A DNA stretch of 64,000 nucleotides from Octopus sinensis (GCF_006345805.1 NC_042998.1:19902001-19966000); one strand, 5' to 3'. Counted from the stretch's first letter, positions 25,361 to 40,469 are shown. Notes: a model not told the origin generated them from the letters alone. Translations and numbers: made by a program.

Positions 25361-25365
<5 letters not shown>
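25224..25365. repeat. Fold-back inverted repeat, ~49-bp near-perfect arms, ~44-nt spacer, abutting (TA)n
   Basis: AAAGTATAGAAGCCATCTTATCATGGCTAACCACATTGGGGAGGGGGTG paired with its reverse complement. Confidence 0.92.
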
Positions 25366-25403
<38 letters not shown>

Positions 25404-26640
25404 GTTCTTCACTCGTTTATTACTGTTCTTATTCTAACTTATATCCATTGTCCGGAAGTCTTATATAGGATGAGGGGAGGTTAACAGTACTACTAAGAAC
25501 AATGGCACACGTCCAAACACACACATACACGCACAAATACAGATACATTTGCATAGGATACACACAAGGATACACATCATAGAAGAACAGAATGGAATAA
25601 GCAGAGTAAGAGCACACGCGAAGACGGAAAGTGTCGCTGAGGAGGTCACAGATGTGTGAAGAAAGATTTCCAGACAATGGACATAAGTTAGAATAAGAAC
25701 AGTAATAAACAAGTAAAGAACTGTGTGTTTGTTAAACAAAAACAAAATACGATCCTGAAAGACAACAATGTCTATTTAAAAGGTAAAATGAAAATATAAT
25801 TTGAAAGTACCAGAAGAGAAATATAACGTACAACTGAACAGGCATGCCTGTCTTGGTCAAGAAGCCCGCTTTACAATCACGTGGTTTCAAGTGTAGACTG
25901 CTGCGTGACAATTCGCTCAACTGTCATTTGAGTGAGTTCGGTATACGGAAGGCCGTTGTTTACGTAAGTTTGTGTTTTATATATGCATATATATGTGAGT
26001 GTCTTTCTGTTTGCGTTTGTCCTCGCTTCATAACTACTGTTTGTTTACTGACGCCCTTATATACATAGCAATTTGACAACATATATTGATAGATTAAATA
26101 TCATCTTTAAAAATACAACTAGTGGCTGCATTCCTATGGTTGAAGAAAATAAGGGAAATATGTAACACTTTTGCTAGAAAACCTATGAAACATTCTACTA
26201 TTACCTACTATTGGTTATTAATTCATGGTGGTTCTAATATTAAGGGGGTTGGATGAATGCAAAAATGCTCAGGAAGAACAGAGTAAGTCATTTATTATTT
26301 CTATATGAAGTTACCATTTAAAATTCCTACGTTATTATAAAGTTGTGGAACGACAAACTTCTTCAGAATGGAAATGATTCCATAGATATATGTGATCACA
26401 GCGGTGGATTCCCAACAAACATATTTATGTAACCATCCAATCTCTTCTATATAATATATCCTGAACTACGTATTCCAAGCTATCTAATCGGTTCGCATTA
26501 TAATCCTAACATGATTCCTAGACAGTGAAACACGCAGGCACGTATGTTCATGCAAACTGATACACAGATGCGCATACACGCACACATGCATACACACGCG
26601 CACGCACACACAGAGTTAGGTATAGATATGTGTGTATGTA

Positions 26641-26700
<60 letters not shown>

Positions 26701-28028
26701 TGTTATTGAGCGACAGTCCTGACTAGCACTTAATTTAATCCACTAAGTGAACTTATTATTCGGAAAGCCTATTACGTGAACAATATGAAATGAAATGGTA
26801 TTATATATATATATATATATATGGTTTATGTCTGCATATGGAGATTTATGCACATCTATATACCTATATACATAAACACACACATATTTATATATATTTT
26901 GTTTGCATAGCCATAAATCATAAATATTTCGTAAATCTTTCGTATGTCGTTCTCAGTACAAAATCCACACTGATGAAGAAGGGATATGTAGAATAATATT
27001 TAAACGTAAGGACGCTTTAGCTTCTAATGAAAAACATCCTCGTAAGACTGAGTTTCGATGAAACATCAATAAAGAAACAATTTTAAAGTAGAAATATGCT
27101 TAGTAAATAAAAAGCATATAGGTATGTATATACATCATGCCTCATGCTATATGATAATGATATTTTCAGACTGCTTATTGTAAAAAAAATCGTATTTACA
27201 AACAACAATCAGCAAATGTTTTCAGCTTATATGACTATACATGGGATTATTGACATAAATCTTTTTAAAAATATGGTGGAGTTCGGCCATATTTCAAAAG
27301 TTATAGTACATCAATTCATCTAAAGTGTTGCCTGCTATTTGATATGCAAAATTTAATGAGTTCAACAAATCGCCCTTATATTTTACACAGCAATTTATAC
27401 CAAAATGTAAAATACATTATTTGATATATATAGTAAGAACTCTATAAAATCAATCCCTAGACATACAATATTGCTTTAGGTTATACGTTGGGACATGGTA
27501 TATTTTGTTGGTCTCTTGCAGAACAGTCCTAATCGAATAAACCAAATCACAAAGACATTATTTCTATGGTCATTTCTCTATATTATGTTTCAATGCATAA
27601 GTAATCCAGTATGTTTATTACTACATAACGACATAGGTATTGTATCGTATTAATGATATTGGCTTCCATGGTTCGTATGATTTTAAGTAAAGTATGTTGT
27701 CTATATTTTAAGTAATCATAATGATTTATTCGTAAGTAAATATCAAAACCTCTTATTAGTTAATCTATTACGAACCTTATCTATCACGAACCTGTACAGC
27801 ACGCTAATACTTCGATTACTATTTCATTTGTTTGCACGCATGTATAAAAGTGCAGTCATATCAGTTGAGCTTACCACTGGTCAGTTGTAATGACAGTTAT
27901 CACCTTATTTAAGACGATCATTACTATTTCTGATTTTCTCATTGAGAAACTCTAATACTGCTTTCCCAACAGGCATTAGAAATTACTGTATAATTTTTCC
28001 TAATATAATTATATAAAATTATATAATA

Positions 28029-28060
<32 letters not shown>

Positions 28061-28062
<2 letters not shown>

Positions 28063-28471
28063 TCTTTTACTCTTTTACTTGTTTCAGTCATGTGACTGTG
28101 GCCATGCTGGAGCACCGCCTTTAGTCGAACAAATCGACCCCAGGACTTATTCTTTGTAAGCCCAGTACTTAATCTATCGGTCTCTTTTTGCCGAACCGCT
28201 AAGTGATGGGGACGTAAACACACCACCATCGGTTGTCAAGCGATGTTGGGGGGGGGGGCAAACACAGACACAAACACACACACACACAGACATATATATA
28301 CATATATACGACGGGCTTCTTTCAGTTTCCGTCTACCAAATCCACTCACAAGGCTTTGGTCAGCCCAAGGCTATAGTAGAAGACACTTGCTCAAGGTGCC
28401 ACGCAGTGGGACTGAACCCGAAACCATGTGGTTCGTAAGCAAGCTACTTACCACACAGCCACTCCTGCGCC
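28061..28471 (-). mobile_element. Composite SINE family E, full length
   Basis: Reverse complement of GGCGCAGGAGTGGCTGTGTGGTAAG...GACTGAAACAAGTAAAAGAGTAAAAGAGT. Confidence 0.9.
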
Positions 28472-29255
28472 TATATATATATTGTAGTAATATATTTTAT
28501 TCCATGACTAATCCAGTCAACAAAATGTAATAGAATCTCAAGCAGATCTCCTCTTACTTCTCATATTTGTCACATAGTTGTAGAAATTTGATCGGACTGC
28601 GCATTTGCTAATTCGATTTAATATCAAAAGTACATATTCAGAGATTTGACTTGAGTAATATATATCTTTGTGTATTAGTCTCTGTGTAGGAGAGACAGAG
28701 AGAAAGAAAGACAGAGTCCGTGAGTGGGTGATTATATGTAATTTATTCTGCTTGCATATAGATTGTGCAGTACTGAGCTGTCACGTATTCTATATCTGAA
28801 TCATGCCACAATGTTCAATAAATATATTTTGTAAAAGTACACGAAATAAATTTCTTTCATATAAAATTTAAGTAAGCACAAATATCAACGTATAGAGAGT
28901 ACATAAAGAAATTATTTGACCAAAAACGAGGAAATGACCCAAGATCCGAATGCCATTGAATAATCGAGTATAACTATTTTTACAAATATTTCATATTTCT
29001 TTTAACTATATAGCTGAAACCGTTTGATGAAGCTGTAATCGTAATTTAATGGTGAAAATGTGCCTTCATTTAGAGTGAACATGTGTTGCGTTAGATTTTT
29101 AATGGTAAAAGTGTTTAAATTTTTTTGTTCTACACAAATCGTTCGACAATCGCGTGTGTTACGTTCTAAAAACACCCGCGATGGGTGAGAATAGTCGAAG
29201 TGGAAACAGTACAGCACTGTATATTTTAAAAATTATTTTTATAGTTTGTAGATAT

Positions 29256-29662
29256 GGCGCAGGAGTGGCTGTGTGGTAAGTAGCTTGCTAACCAGCCACA
29301 TGGTGTCGGGTTCAGTCCCACTGCGTGGCATCTTGGGCAAGTGTCTTCTGCTATAGCCCCGGGCCGACCAATGCCTTGTGAGTGGATTTGGTAGACGGAA
29401 ACTGAAAGACGTCTGTCGTATATATGTATATATATATTTGTATGTGTGTGTTTGTGTGTCTGTGTTTGTCCCCCTAGCATTGCTTGACAACCGATGCTGG
29501 TGTGTTTACGTCCCCGTCACTTAGCAATTCGGCAAAAGAGACCGATCGAATAAGTACTGGGCTTACAAAGAATAAGTCTCGGGGTTGATTTGCTCGACTA
29601 AAGGCGGTGCTCCAGCATGCCCGCAGTGAAATGACTGAAACAAGTAATAGAGTAAAAGAGTA
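29256..29662 (+). mobile_element. Composite SINE family E, full length
   Basis: GGCGCAGGAGTGGCTGTGTGGTAAGTAGC... ends GTAATAGAGTAAAAGAGTAA. Confidence 0.9.
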
Positions 29663-29664
29663 AG

Positions 29665-29771
29665 GGAGTATATTTAATTTATTATAAATGCAAAACAACA
29701 CCACAGAGAAATCGACGTAAGTATAATAATAAACAGTGATAGGGGAACCACGAAATGGCGAGGGATTACTG
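29665..29771. mobile_element. Tigger/pogo-like MITE, right half
   Basis: Homologous to 7150-7255; ends GGCGAGGGATTACTG|TA. Confidence 0.65.
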
Positions 29772-31948
29772 TATATCACTTTATCTGAGTAATTGAGTAA
29801 AACATTCACTATAAATAATCGGTGCTAATCACTAACCAGTTCCTAATATCGTCTTTACCAGCGATCTATATTTTATATATCAAACCACAACAAATTGATC
29901 ACCCATTAAAATCTGCCCAGTAATTCAGAAAAAGACTGGAATATATTTTAGTATGCGTAATTAATATGTATTACCTCGTAATAACGTAAATAGAATCAGA
30001 TTAAATAGATCTTAAATAAGTGAAATAAATTCTTCTTATTTTTTAATTTCCTAATATATTTTCTTCATCTCCATGTAACTACAGTCATCTAACATTTCAA
30101 TGGAATTCTTTATTTATTAATTAATTTATTTCTTTTTGAAATATAGTTTTATTAATAGTATTCGAGAAACTTAATTGAATAGGGATTCTGAATGTTTACC
30201 TTTGTTAAGAGTTGATTATGTAATTAAGAAATGTCGTTCAGTTGAAAAAACAAAATTTGCCAGTAGGTATGATTATACTATAGAAATGTATTAAATAGAA
30301 TTTTCTAGTTAGTTTCTTTTCCTTATATTCCCATCGGCGTTTTGTATGTATGTTAAATAAGCGGGAGATAAAATAGATAGCATTAATAAAATATATCAAA
30401 TATTTCAGAAAATATCTTCTGATAATATAATTTTGAATGTATTCAAACATAAACACAGAAATAAAATTTTATACCTAATGATGTTAATTAAGTTGAAAAT
30501 ATGTTTTTGCTAATGCATAACTTCTTTTGGAACATTCTTCAAAGGTATGCACAAAATTTATATATTTAAAACCAACCAATTTATATTGATTTATTCACAA
30601 AATAATGCGTTTGTTTACAAATAGCTCTTAATATTAAATCATCAGTTTCCTCTAAATCATTATATGTAAACATAACATCTAAATGTTTCAGACGAACAAA
30701 TATTGAAAAAGGATGCTGTGCAGTAAAGCGTAACTAAATGCCTCCACAAATATACTGTCCCGGGCCTTTCGTTTTTTCATTTACCAAATAAATTAAATAT
30801 GTATATAGGATCAACAAAAAAGTACAGATAAATATCACTGAATGCACGCTGTGTTACAATAAGGCCTGCTAATAGTTTCTTGATAATGAGAGACTGATTT
30901 TCGATAACGTGCATTGTGTCTCCAAAAAAATCTTCAGACTCCGGGCACATGATTTAGTGTGACACGGGTGGATAGTAGTTCGCTCGCTACAGCTGTTTCA
31001 AGCGTGATTTATTTATTGATGAATTGAATTATTACATCATGCGAAAATAGCCGTTCGCATCAGATATATATATGCATGAATTAATCATTAAAAAACTCCT
31101 TCTACGAATCCAAGTATGTGCGAACTTTGGTCAGAGAGTGATTTAATATCCTTACTTTATAGTTTATGAAGGAGAATTATTTGGGCGACTGGAACGGGAA
31201 GGGAAGCGAAAAGTTGTTAAAGTGTTAGTATGAATGTGGAATGGAAGATGAAATTTTTTATTTCCTTTTAATCTATAAATAGCTGGACTACAGATTTCTG
31301 GCCCAAAAAACTTACTAAAAGATAATACGTATCTATAGTTGGGAGATACATCATAATAAACCAGCATCATTCCGTTTGTATACAAAGATAAAGGGAAATA
31401 TTTCGATACATCTACTTACACGCGCCAAAATATGTATTCAACACATACGTACCTACACATACATCTATGTACATACTTACTGTCAACCAATATATTTATA
31501 CACATACACACTCACATATACATTTATAGACATACACACTATATACACATCTAAACACACACACATACATGCATACATATATATATACATACATACATAC
31601 ACCAACACACATATCAATACACACAATACAACTTTACACTCATATGAGGTTAGACAATAATCTGTTATATTTCCACTGGGGTGGGGATCCAACAAACTAT
31701 GAAACAACCAGTGTATCAACCTCCTATTTTTCTAGGCATCGAAATTTTAATGGTTAGTGGTTTATATCTCCTGAACATCTGATGCTCTCGGAAATATATA
31801 TAAATTTGTTGTTCGATTCGCATTGCAAATGCGCGTGTGCATGAGTGTTTAAATTGATGGGCGGTAACCAGCACTTCTAATCCGTTAGCAAATTTATTTC
31901 ATGAAATACCTATCCCATCCTGGACTCTCTCTAACTTTCGTAATGATA

Positions 31949-32158
31949 CCGGGTGTTCATAATATACCTTTAGAATTTCAAAATTTCGAAAACAGTCGAT
32001 AAACTAAAGACATTTCAGCAGAATTTATTGAACAAGATAGGCTAACAAATTAAAACTGTAATAATATTTATTTAACATGCAAAGACGTTGATTCATAGGT
32101 CCCAACTTTAATAGGAAATAGTAAATTGTAGGTGTGAATATAATTTATGAACACCATA
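31949..32158. mobile_element. Possible Tc1/mariner-type MITE
   Basis: TA|CCGGGTGTTCATAA ... TTATGAACACCATA|TA imperfect TIRs with TA flanks. Confidence 0.45.
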
Positions 32159-32490
32159 TACTTATATTCTTATCAGCAATATTCATTATTCCCAGAAATA
32201 AGACCAACTGCGATATATGAGTAGCTTTTGTCTCAATCTGTCAATGAAAATGCTTTAGAAGTAAAAAATACGAGGATTAAAGTTTGAGGTTATTTGGGGT
32301 AGTTTATTCTCAGTACTAAGATGGAATAGTATAATACATATTTAAATATTGAACAAACTTATGAATAATCCGTGGATTTTGTAGATAGTTGCATTAAACA
32401 TAACATACTTGATGCTTCACGAGTATCTTTAATGCCTGATACTGAATGTCTGACGGAAAAAAGTTACCTTTTCTATACTTCGAAAAACTG

Positions 32491-32832
32491 TGAAGGCGCA
32501 TGGCTCAGTGGTTAGAGCGTCGGGCTTACGATCGTGAGGTTGTGAGCTCGAATCCCGGACCGGGCTGCGTGTTGTGTTCTCGAGCAAGGCACTTTATTTC
32601 ACGTTGCTCCAGTTCACTCAGCTGTAGAAATGAGTTGCGACGTCACTGGTGCCAAGCTGTATCGACCTTTGTCTTTCCCTTGGATAACACTGGTGGCGTG
32701 GAGAGGGGAGGTTGGTATGCATGGGCGACTGCTGGCCTTCCATAAACAACCTTGCCCGGACTTGTGTCTAGGAGGATAACTTTCTAGGTGCAATCCCATG
32801 GTCATTCATGACCGAAGGGGGTCTTTACCCTT
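32491..32832 (+). mobile_element. tRNA-derived SINE family D (CORE-like central segment) with 15-bp TSD
   Basis: A box GGCTCAGTGGTTAGAGCG, B box GAGCTCGAATCCC, central GAGCAAGGCACTTTATTTCAC...TCAGCTGTAGAAATG. TSD TACTTCGAAAAACTG at 32476-32490 and 32833-32847. Confidence 0.9.
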
Positions 32833-33169
32833 TACTTCGAAAAACTGGCGCTAGTCTTTTATTCTATTCCAAAAGTTAAAAACCAGAGATTCTAATCAAT
32901 ACAATCGCTGACATCTCATACATAGGTATCACAATGTTCAATAGCGATTGTAGAGCTTTAGGCAATTTTCTTCGTTCATATTTTTTTAATGTTATGCAAT
33001 TGCAAATTTACATAACTGTTTGTGAATGAAATGAAAACCGTATAAATTGTATATGTATATGTACATGCATACATACACACATGAATAAACACACACACAT
33101 ATGTATATATACATGCGTGTTTTTGTTCGTGCTTCTCTATTTCTGTATACATGTATATATGTATATATA

Positions 33170-33215
<46 letters not shown>

Positions 33216-33227
33216 TATATATATATC

Positions 33228-33279
<52 letters not shown>

Positions 33280-33410
33280 GATTGATTGATTGATTGATAG
33301 ATAGACATACATACATACATACAGACAGACAGACAGATAGATAAATAGATAGATAGATATATTTGCATGTATTTTGTGTCTGTGTCTCTTTCTCTACACA
33401 AACATATATG

Positions 33411-33485
<75 letters not shown>

Positions 33486-34579
33486 TATATTTGTATGCAT
33501 TTATAATCATATATGTATAGGTACGCGCGCGCTTGTGTGCGTGCTTGTGTGTGTCTGCGTGTGTGTGTGTGCTTGTGCGTGTGCGTGTATGTGTAACCAT
33601 AAATGAAATTGTGTAGAAAGTGAGATGTAAGAAAATAAATGGCTGCATTTGGTCTGTTTACATTATTAACCAGAAAACTGAAATATATTTAGTGAAAATA
33701 TATAAAACCATAGATGCCATAAACTATAAAGAGATTTTTGTAAATACATCTTCATACAGACGTCCGTATATTCCAGCATACGCAATAAAAGCCATGGAAA
33801 TAAAAGGAAATTTCAAAAGAGCAACATAGAAACATTCACAATATAACAAGATGATTCGTTCTGATATATTGGTTTGTATAGAATGATTTGCGTCTCATTG
33901 AAATACGTGTTGCATTACGTATCAATACTGCTCTATAGGAAAGCTTATCAGCGACATTTAGTTATTCTGTTTTAAAAAATATAGAATAATAAGCAGAAAC
34001 ACAATGAAACAGAAATATATTTCAAATAATTACACTTACGTATGAATGCTTCCATCAGATTCGTTTCCAAAAGAAGAGAAAAATTATTTGAAGACTACTT
34101 CCTAATACATGTTACACATATATTTGAAATATTTTCAACGTACACACTTTAAAAGAAAATTCTTATGTTTTTAAAATCATTTCTATATATATATATATAA
34201 TGGTGATTAAGAAAATATAGATTCTGCTATTTTGGAAATGTCTTTTGAACAATGCAATAAATGAATTTAGAAGAATAGCACACAATTGAGTGACTGTTTA
34301 CGTAGAAATATAAAATTCTTTTCGTATGTGCACAGGCAATTGCATGTGAAATGCAAAAGTTCAAATACTAATCAAGCTACGAAAATAGAAAACATGCAAA
34401 TTGTGTAGACATGCTGTAAACATTTATATCTTGTGAAACCTGTCGTTCATACAAACTGATTACTATAGACTGCAAATGAATCTATGGTAACGCATTCACC
34501 AATACATACATATATATATAGACACATATATATCTGTATCTTTATACAATACATACATATATACATATATGTACATACA

Positions 34580-34630
<51 letters not shown>

Positions 34631-34797
34631 TTTCTATATGATTTTGTATAGATAATATCGTTCAGTATTGATTGAATTGCTAAATAGAGGTTTTGTCTCT
34701 AAATTCTATATATTTAATATATTGTGTATGCTGATTTAGTATTGCTAAATTGAATTTCTCCCTGTTGGCTTGGAATGTTATGCTTCCTAACTGTTAA

Positions 34798-34841
<44 letters not shown>

Positions 34842-34861
34842 ATACTATACCTCATATAATA

Positions 34862-35067
34862 CATTCTGCAATAGGCACATGGCCTGAAATTTTGGGATAG
34901 GGTACTAGTCAATTATATCGACTAGCCTTCAACTGGAACTTCTTTTCGCGACCCCGAAAATATGAAAAGGAAACTTGAACTCGGTGGAAATTGACCTCAG
35001 AAAGTAAAGACGGAAATGCTGGTAATTATTTCGCCCGAAGGGTTAAAGAATCTGCCAGCTCGCCGTC
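34862..35067 (-). mobile_element. Degenerate SINE family B
   Basis: Diverged match ending ...TCTGCCAGCTCGCCGTC. Confidence 0.7.
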
Positions 35068-35524
35068 TTATCTACTTCCTATAATGGTTTCAGTATTGCT
35101 CAGTCATACACTTTTCAGTATTTATCTTTACTGAAGGCAAACAACGATGCATCAAAACCAATATGTACAATTTCTACTCATATGCTGGGATACTTCAACT
35201 AATATATGTGCAAAAGAAAACAAATAATTTTTGCCAACATGTTTTATCGCAAACTCTTACGGATGCATGGGGAATAAGATAAACTGCCAGTAATAAGCAT
35301 AATCAAAACAAAAAGAAGTGATAAATCGAACTTCCATCACGCATGGAAACATTTCGCTTTCGATGTCCACTTAGTTGATGCATGTCAGTAGCTATCATAT
35401 TTTCTTCACAAAAGTCGTGCTTTCCTGAAGCAGTTGTATAATTCTTGTAACTTAAATTGTTAGTTCTGCGCGCTTTCTTAATCTATGGTAACGCATTCAC
35501 CAATACATACATATCTGTATCTTT

Positions 35525-35649
35525 ATACATACATAAATACATACATACATACATACATACATACATACATACATACATACATACATACATACATACATAC
35601 ATACACACATACATACATACATACATACATACATACATACATACATACA

Positions 35650-35682
<33 letters not shown>
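35525..35682. repeat. (TACA)n microsatellite
   Basis: Direct inspection. Confidence 0.98.
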
Positions 35683-35685
<3 letters not shown>

Positions 35686-36604
35686 GAGAGAGAGAGATTT
35701 TACCTTATATTCTATGTCGCATGTCCAAATGCTAACAATTACCACTTTAAAAGTTTTTTTCTATACCAGAATGTGAGTGTTAACTTTTGTTTAAATTGAG
35801 AAATTTTAGCATCCTCCATTCAATAATTAGCGTATTGAAGTATCCATCTGTAGACATGTCATTGATTCACTTCAATCATCTTCTTTAGCTAATTCTACCT
35901 ATTTAATCAGTGTTGTTAAACAGGTAATAGAAATCTTGCAAATCGATTGGACTTTACTGAGGTTTTACCTTATATTCTAGGTCGCATGTCCAACGAAAGT
36001 GAAACATTGATTTTTTGGAAAATTTCTAAGTTAATAGTATTAGACGTTTAAGTGAATAATCTTATTTGACATTCATACACGCTGAATAAGATTCAAATGG
36101 CACGCGTGGTTAAGATAAATGCTAGGTTTATTCAATACTGCGATAAATCTCAGAAAGATTCGGCACTAAATTGTATTTACCTGTCACAGAAGAATCAACA
36201 GTAGCTTCAATTCCATATGCGTCAATTATAAAATTCTGATGGCTTCTTTGACAGTGAACCTTAATAATATTTTTGTAATTTTGTAGTGTAGCGGTATACA
36301 TCGGAAAACCATTAGTATTATTGAACTAGAATATAGTTTAATTGGAATCTAAAATCGGATTTATTCATTAAAATGCATAAATATTGAAATGTAAACAGCA
36401 ATGCAGGGCTTATTGAACATGCAATAAACGGGGAACAGAAAAGAGATTAATAGCAAGGTGTTAGATACATTGTGTACAATACTACAAGTAAAAAGGAGGA
36501 GAAAAATAAAGGAAACTCTTAGAGCACGACAGCAAAAAAATGTGAAAGCACAGCATGACAGGAACATGGGAAATTGAATTAAAGAGAGAATTATAGACAA
36601 TTAC

Positions 36605-36605
<1 letters not shown>

Positions 36606-36639
<34 letters not shown>

Positions 36640-36777
36640 TGTGTGTATGTGTTTGTGTGTATGTGTGTGTGTGTGTGAGTGTGTATTTGTGTGTGTATGT
36701 GTATGTGTGTGGGTGTATGTGTATGTGTGTGTATGTGTATGTGTGTATGTGTGTGTGAGTGTGTATGTGTGTGTGTA

Positions 36778-36812
<35 letters not shown>

Positions 36813-36828
36813 GTGCGTGTGTGTGTGT
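36606..36828. repeat. (GT)n/(GTAT)n compound microsatellite
   Basis: Direct inspection. Confidence 0.98.
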
Positions 36829-38306
36829 AATAGTACAGAAAACCATAGTATATATGATTTTTGTTTCTCATGTCAAACATAACATTAGATTTATATTTAA
36901 GAGGCAGCTTTTTTTCCTTCCATATTTTGAATAAATATTTAATATCATGTCGATGATGGAGAAGCAAATAGCAAAAGAGATTTACAGTATCTCTCAAACA
37001 CTTCGTTCCAATAATTATTTCATCGATGTCAAAATATTCATCATAGGCTTTTGTCTAATAGAGTGTAAATATTGTTTCAAGATACTATAGACATGGCAAC
37101 CACTTTACCACATGAATTTAATGTAACGAGAAAATATATATGTAAGTAAGTGCATGATTTTTATTTGTTCATAGTATATCGGAGCTCGCGTTCACACGCA
37201 CTAGCTTTTGTGTATGTATGTATGTATATATATATATGTCTATCTATATATACACACACATTTGCGCCGTTGTAAAAGCTTATGTGTGCGTATATGTTAA
37301 GATGTGCGTTGTTTATTGTAAGGCTGAATCAAATTATTAACTCAGCATATACTTATTTCCTCTTCAGGAGATTTCATTGCAGTTTTTCAGTATATAAGCT
37401 TGCACGTACCTTTCATTGCTTCATCCTTATATTTGTTTTAATGTTGAAATCACTTTACAAAGGAACCCTGTAATGTATTATTGTTGTTGTTTTTGTTGTT
37501 GTTGTTGTTGTGTGTATGTGTGTCTAATATAAACTATCAGACTTCATAGTGGTGGAATATGTAATTACAGCAATTTTCGTAGAAATATATACCTCTACCT
37601 CGATGATGATAACCATTTGAACAGCTATCATTCAAGGACGGTGAGTAGGATTTTTGTTTTCTGAAGGGTTAATAGTATATGAGTTTGCTCTCAATTATGG
37701 AACTCTTTCAAGAATCACCTATTCAGCAGCGTTTTATTTAGTAGCTACGCACGAGTAAACATCACACCTCTCTCCAAATATATTTGGAGATAAAATAATG
37801 AATTTAGAATAGAATTAAATGAAGGATATCAGGTGTCTACTACTACATTTATTGCAATAAAGGAAGTACAATGAAATGTAGTTCAAAATTAATATTCAGT
37901 GCATTTATAAGTTTATGTATTAATATGTCTGTATCTAAATATGTATATATACTTTTTTACTTGTGTTTAAAATTAACTTCTCCACTTGTTTGTATCTTGC
38001 TAGTTATCGGATATTGAGTGATTTTATGGGTTTTACCTGTATCTTAATCGTATACATATATATTTTTTTCGATATGTTTTTATTGTACATAATTCATATT
38101 TCTTTCACGGTGTAGGGGTGTGCTGTCTTGTTATTTTTTCATGAGTGAAAAAATATATCTATGTTCAAATAAAGATGGTTATGGCCGGCCCAAAGGGTTT
38201 CCCAGGGCTCTGCGTCCAGAATGCGCTTAGCTTTGCATATGTGTTGTTGTTGGCTTGTAACCTCTCTTCCTCATTACATTGATGACAGTATCGACGCGAT
38301 CTCAGG

Positions 38307-38343
<37 letters not shown>

Positions 38344-38424
38344 TGAGTGAGCCAATAATCCCCCTGAAGGAAAGAGGAAGGGAATAAGTTGAAATATATA
38401 TTTATATATGTTTATCTTTCAATA

Positions 38425-38457
<33 letters not shown>

Positions 38458-38819
38458 GATTAAGAATATCTAGGTAATAAAGATTTTAGAAATTTTTACT
38501 ACCTGTGGCCTGGCGTGTAGAAAAATTACCCAATAGACTAGATATTATTCATATAAATACAGTGTGCATTTAAACACATAAGGGGTATCCGACATAGGAT
38601 TCCTTTTACGCTAGAAGGAACAGCTAAAGTCCAAACCACAATTAGGGATAAAAACTCGAAGGGAATGGAAACTAAAAGCATTTACCATCTATTTCCTTGA
38701 CCATGGTTTCGGTACATTTTTAGCAAATAAAATAATTTGCTAGGCGACGTTTGTATCAACAGGTACGACTAGATTAAACATATAAGTACGAGGCTAATCC
38801 AACATGTGCTTCTTGCTTA

Positions 38820-39251
38820 TCTCTCTATATATAAACGGTACTTTGTCTGTCTGTGTGTCTGTGTGGCTGTCAGGTTGTACCCTCACCCTGACAACGGCTT
38901 TCAACCGATTCTGATGAAACTTGACACACACATAGCCCAATGTCATAATTCAAAACTAACGCAGCGGAAATTTTGAAACGTTCCCCCATTTCTGAAAAAA
39001 ACCGATAAAAATACGACATGGGGTCGAGAATCTAAGCTTTTTATATGCAACACATTTTCTGTTGTGGTTTTCACAACTTGCAATCGGGAGACAGCTAGGA
39101 ACATCGTATACATAGAAGTATTCGAGTGAAGAGAAGACATTGCAACCTACACATGCGCCTTCGTTCCCTAGAGGGAAAGAACTAGATTGGGATTAGTCGT
39201 TGCCTACTAGGGGCTCTTACACACCTGGGCAACGCCGGGCTATGCTGCTAG
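38820..39251 (+). mobile_element. Non-autonomous Helitron
   Basis: A|TC 5' end (TCTCTCTATATATAAACGG), subterminal hairpin CCTGGGCAACGCCGGG, CTAG|T 3' end, no TSD. Confidence 0.85.
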
Positions 39252-40469
39252 TACATTATGATATTTCAAATCCACCGCGCTTGCGGGAATACATTTTGCT
39301 TTAAATAGATTCAATTTGAATTAATTTATATCAATTACTTATCGTAATTACTTAATTGGAGAATTAATGATACAGTTGTTGAAATTATGTAAATTATCAT
39401 ATATCATTAGGATTTCTTTTTTCTACATTTTTGGCAGTCGTATCACTCGGGAGTATACAAGAGAGTATTAACAATTTTATTTCTGTCGAATCACTCAGTA
39501 GACGCTGTGAGTTCACAACGTCTTCAGGTTAATTGGAACTCAGTCACTGGTGAAAATAGAATAGTAATCTAGGACTCTTCCTGCCGTCAGTGAAAGATTA
39601 TAAGATTGTGTGTGTGTGTGTATGTGTGTGTCTGTGTGTGTGTGTGTATGTGTGTGTGTGTGTATCAGTGTAGATTGAATGCGACGTGTAGTTTCATTTT
39701 GTGTTCCATAATAGGATCAGCATTAAATTGCTGAGCTTTTGATTTATATTTTCATATTCTTCAGACGTATCTCCAAATGTGTTACGTGTTTCTGCTTCGA
39801 TATATTTGCAGCAACATAGTTGGTGTCCTACTTTGATTCAATGAGACACAGTACTTTATATATACAAACACATGCGCACATTTATATAGAAGCATATTTC
39901 CCTGGAGAATGCATGCAAACTATCATTCAATCATACAAACGTATGATCGTGTGTAAAAGTTATACACTTTACCATCTTTGAATCATTATGAATTCGAAAA
40001 AAGTCGAAGCATATTGAAAAGTTGTAGAATTCAATGAAAATAACATTGGTTTGTTTGAGAAAGGTATAAAGCAACGGAGTTCTTTTATTCGAGCTGCAAC
40101 AAAAATATTTGCTATTGTGCAATCGTAGACAAAATTCCCTACAGAGTTTCCCTTCCTAATTATTGCCTCATAGAATGTGATTCTGTGATTCTATATATGT
40201 ACCTTCTTTTCTATAACACCCTGTCTATATTTATTACCATCTGTCTCAACTTACCTTTTCCGTGTTCGTTTAAAAACTGTTTGACCCACCACTAAAATTT
40301 GAGAGATCACAGTTGATGGCACATTTACTACGAAGTAGATTTAACCTTCCTCACCAAAATCTATAAACAGGCTTTCATCAGACTAATGGACTTCTACAGC
40401 AATATGCTTTACAGACCGAGGAAACATTTACTCGTTAAATACAGTTTTACTTAATACTTCATTCGAGTT

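Noticed and set aside
34478-35535. ~35-60-bp direct repeat AATCTATGGTAACGCATTCACCAATACATAC about 1 kb apart (also the CCTTATATTCTA.GTCGCATGTCCAA pair at 35700/35965)
   Set aside because: Short local duplications next to microsatellites; only two copies and no array or LTR structure.
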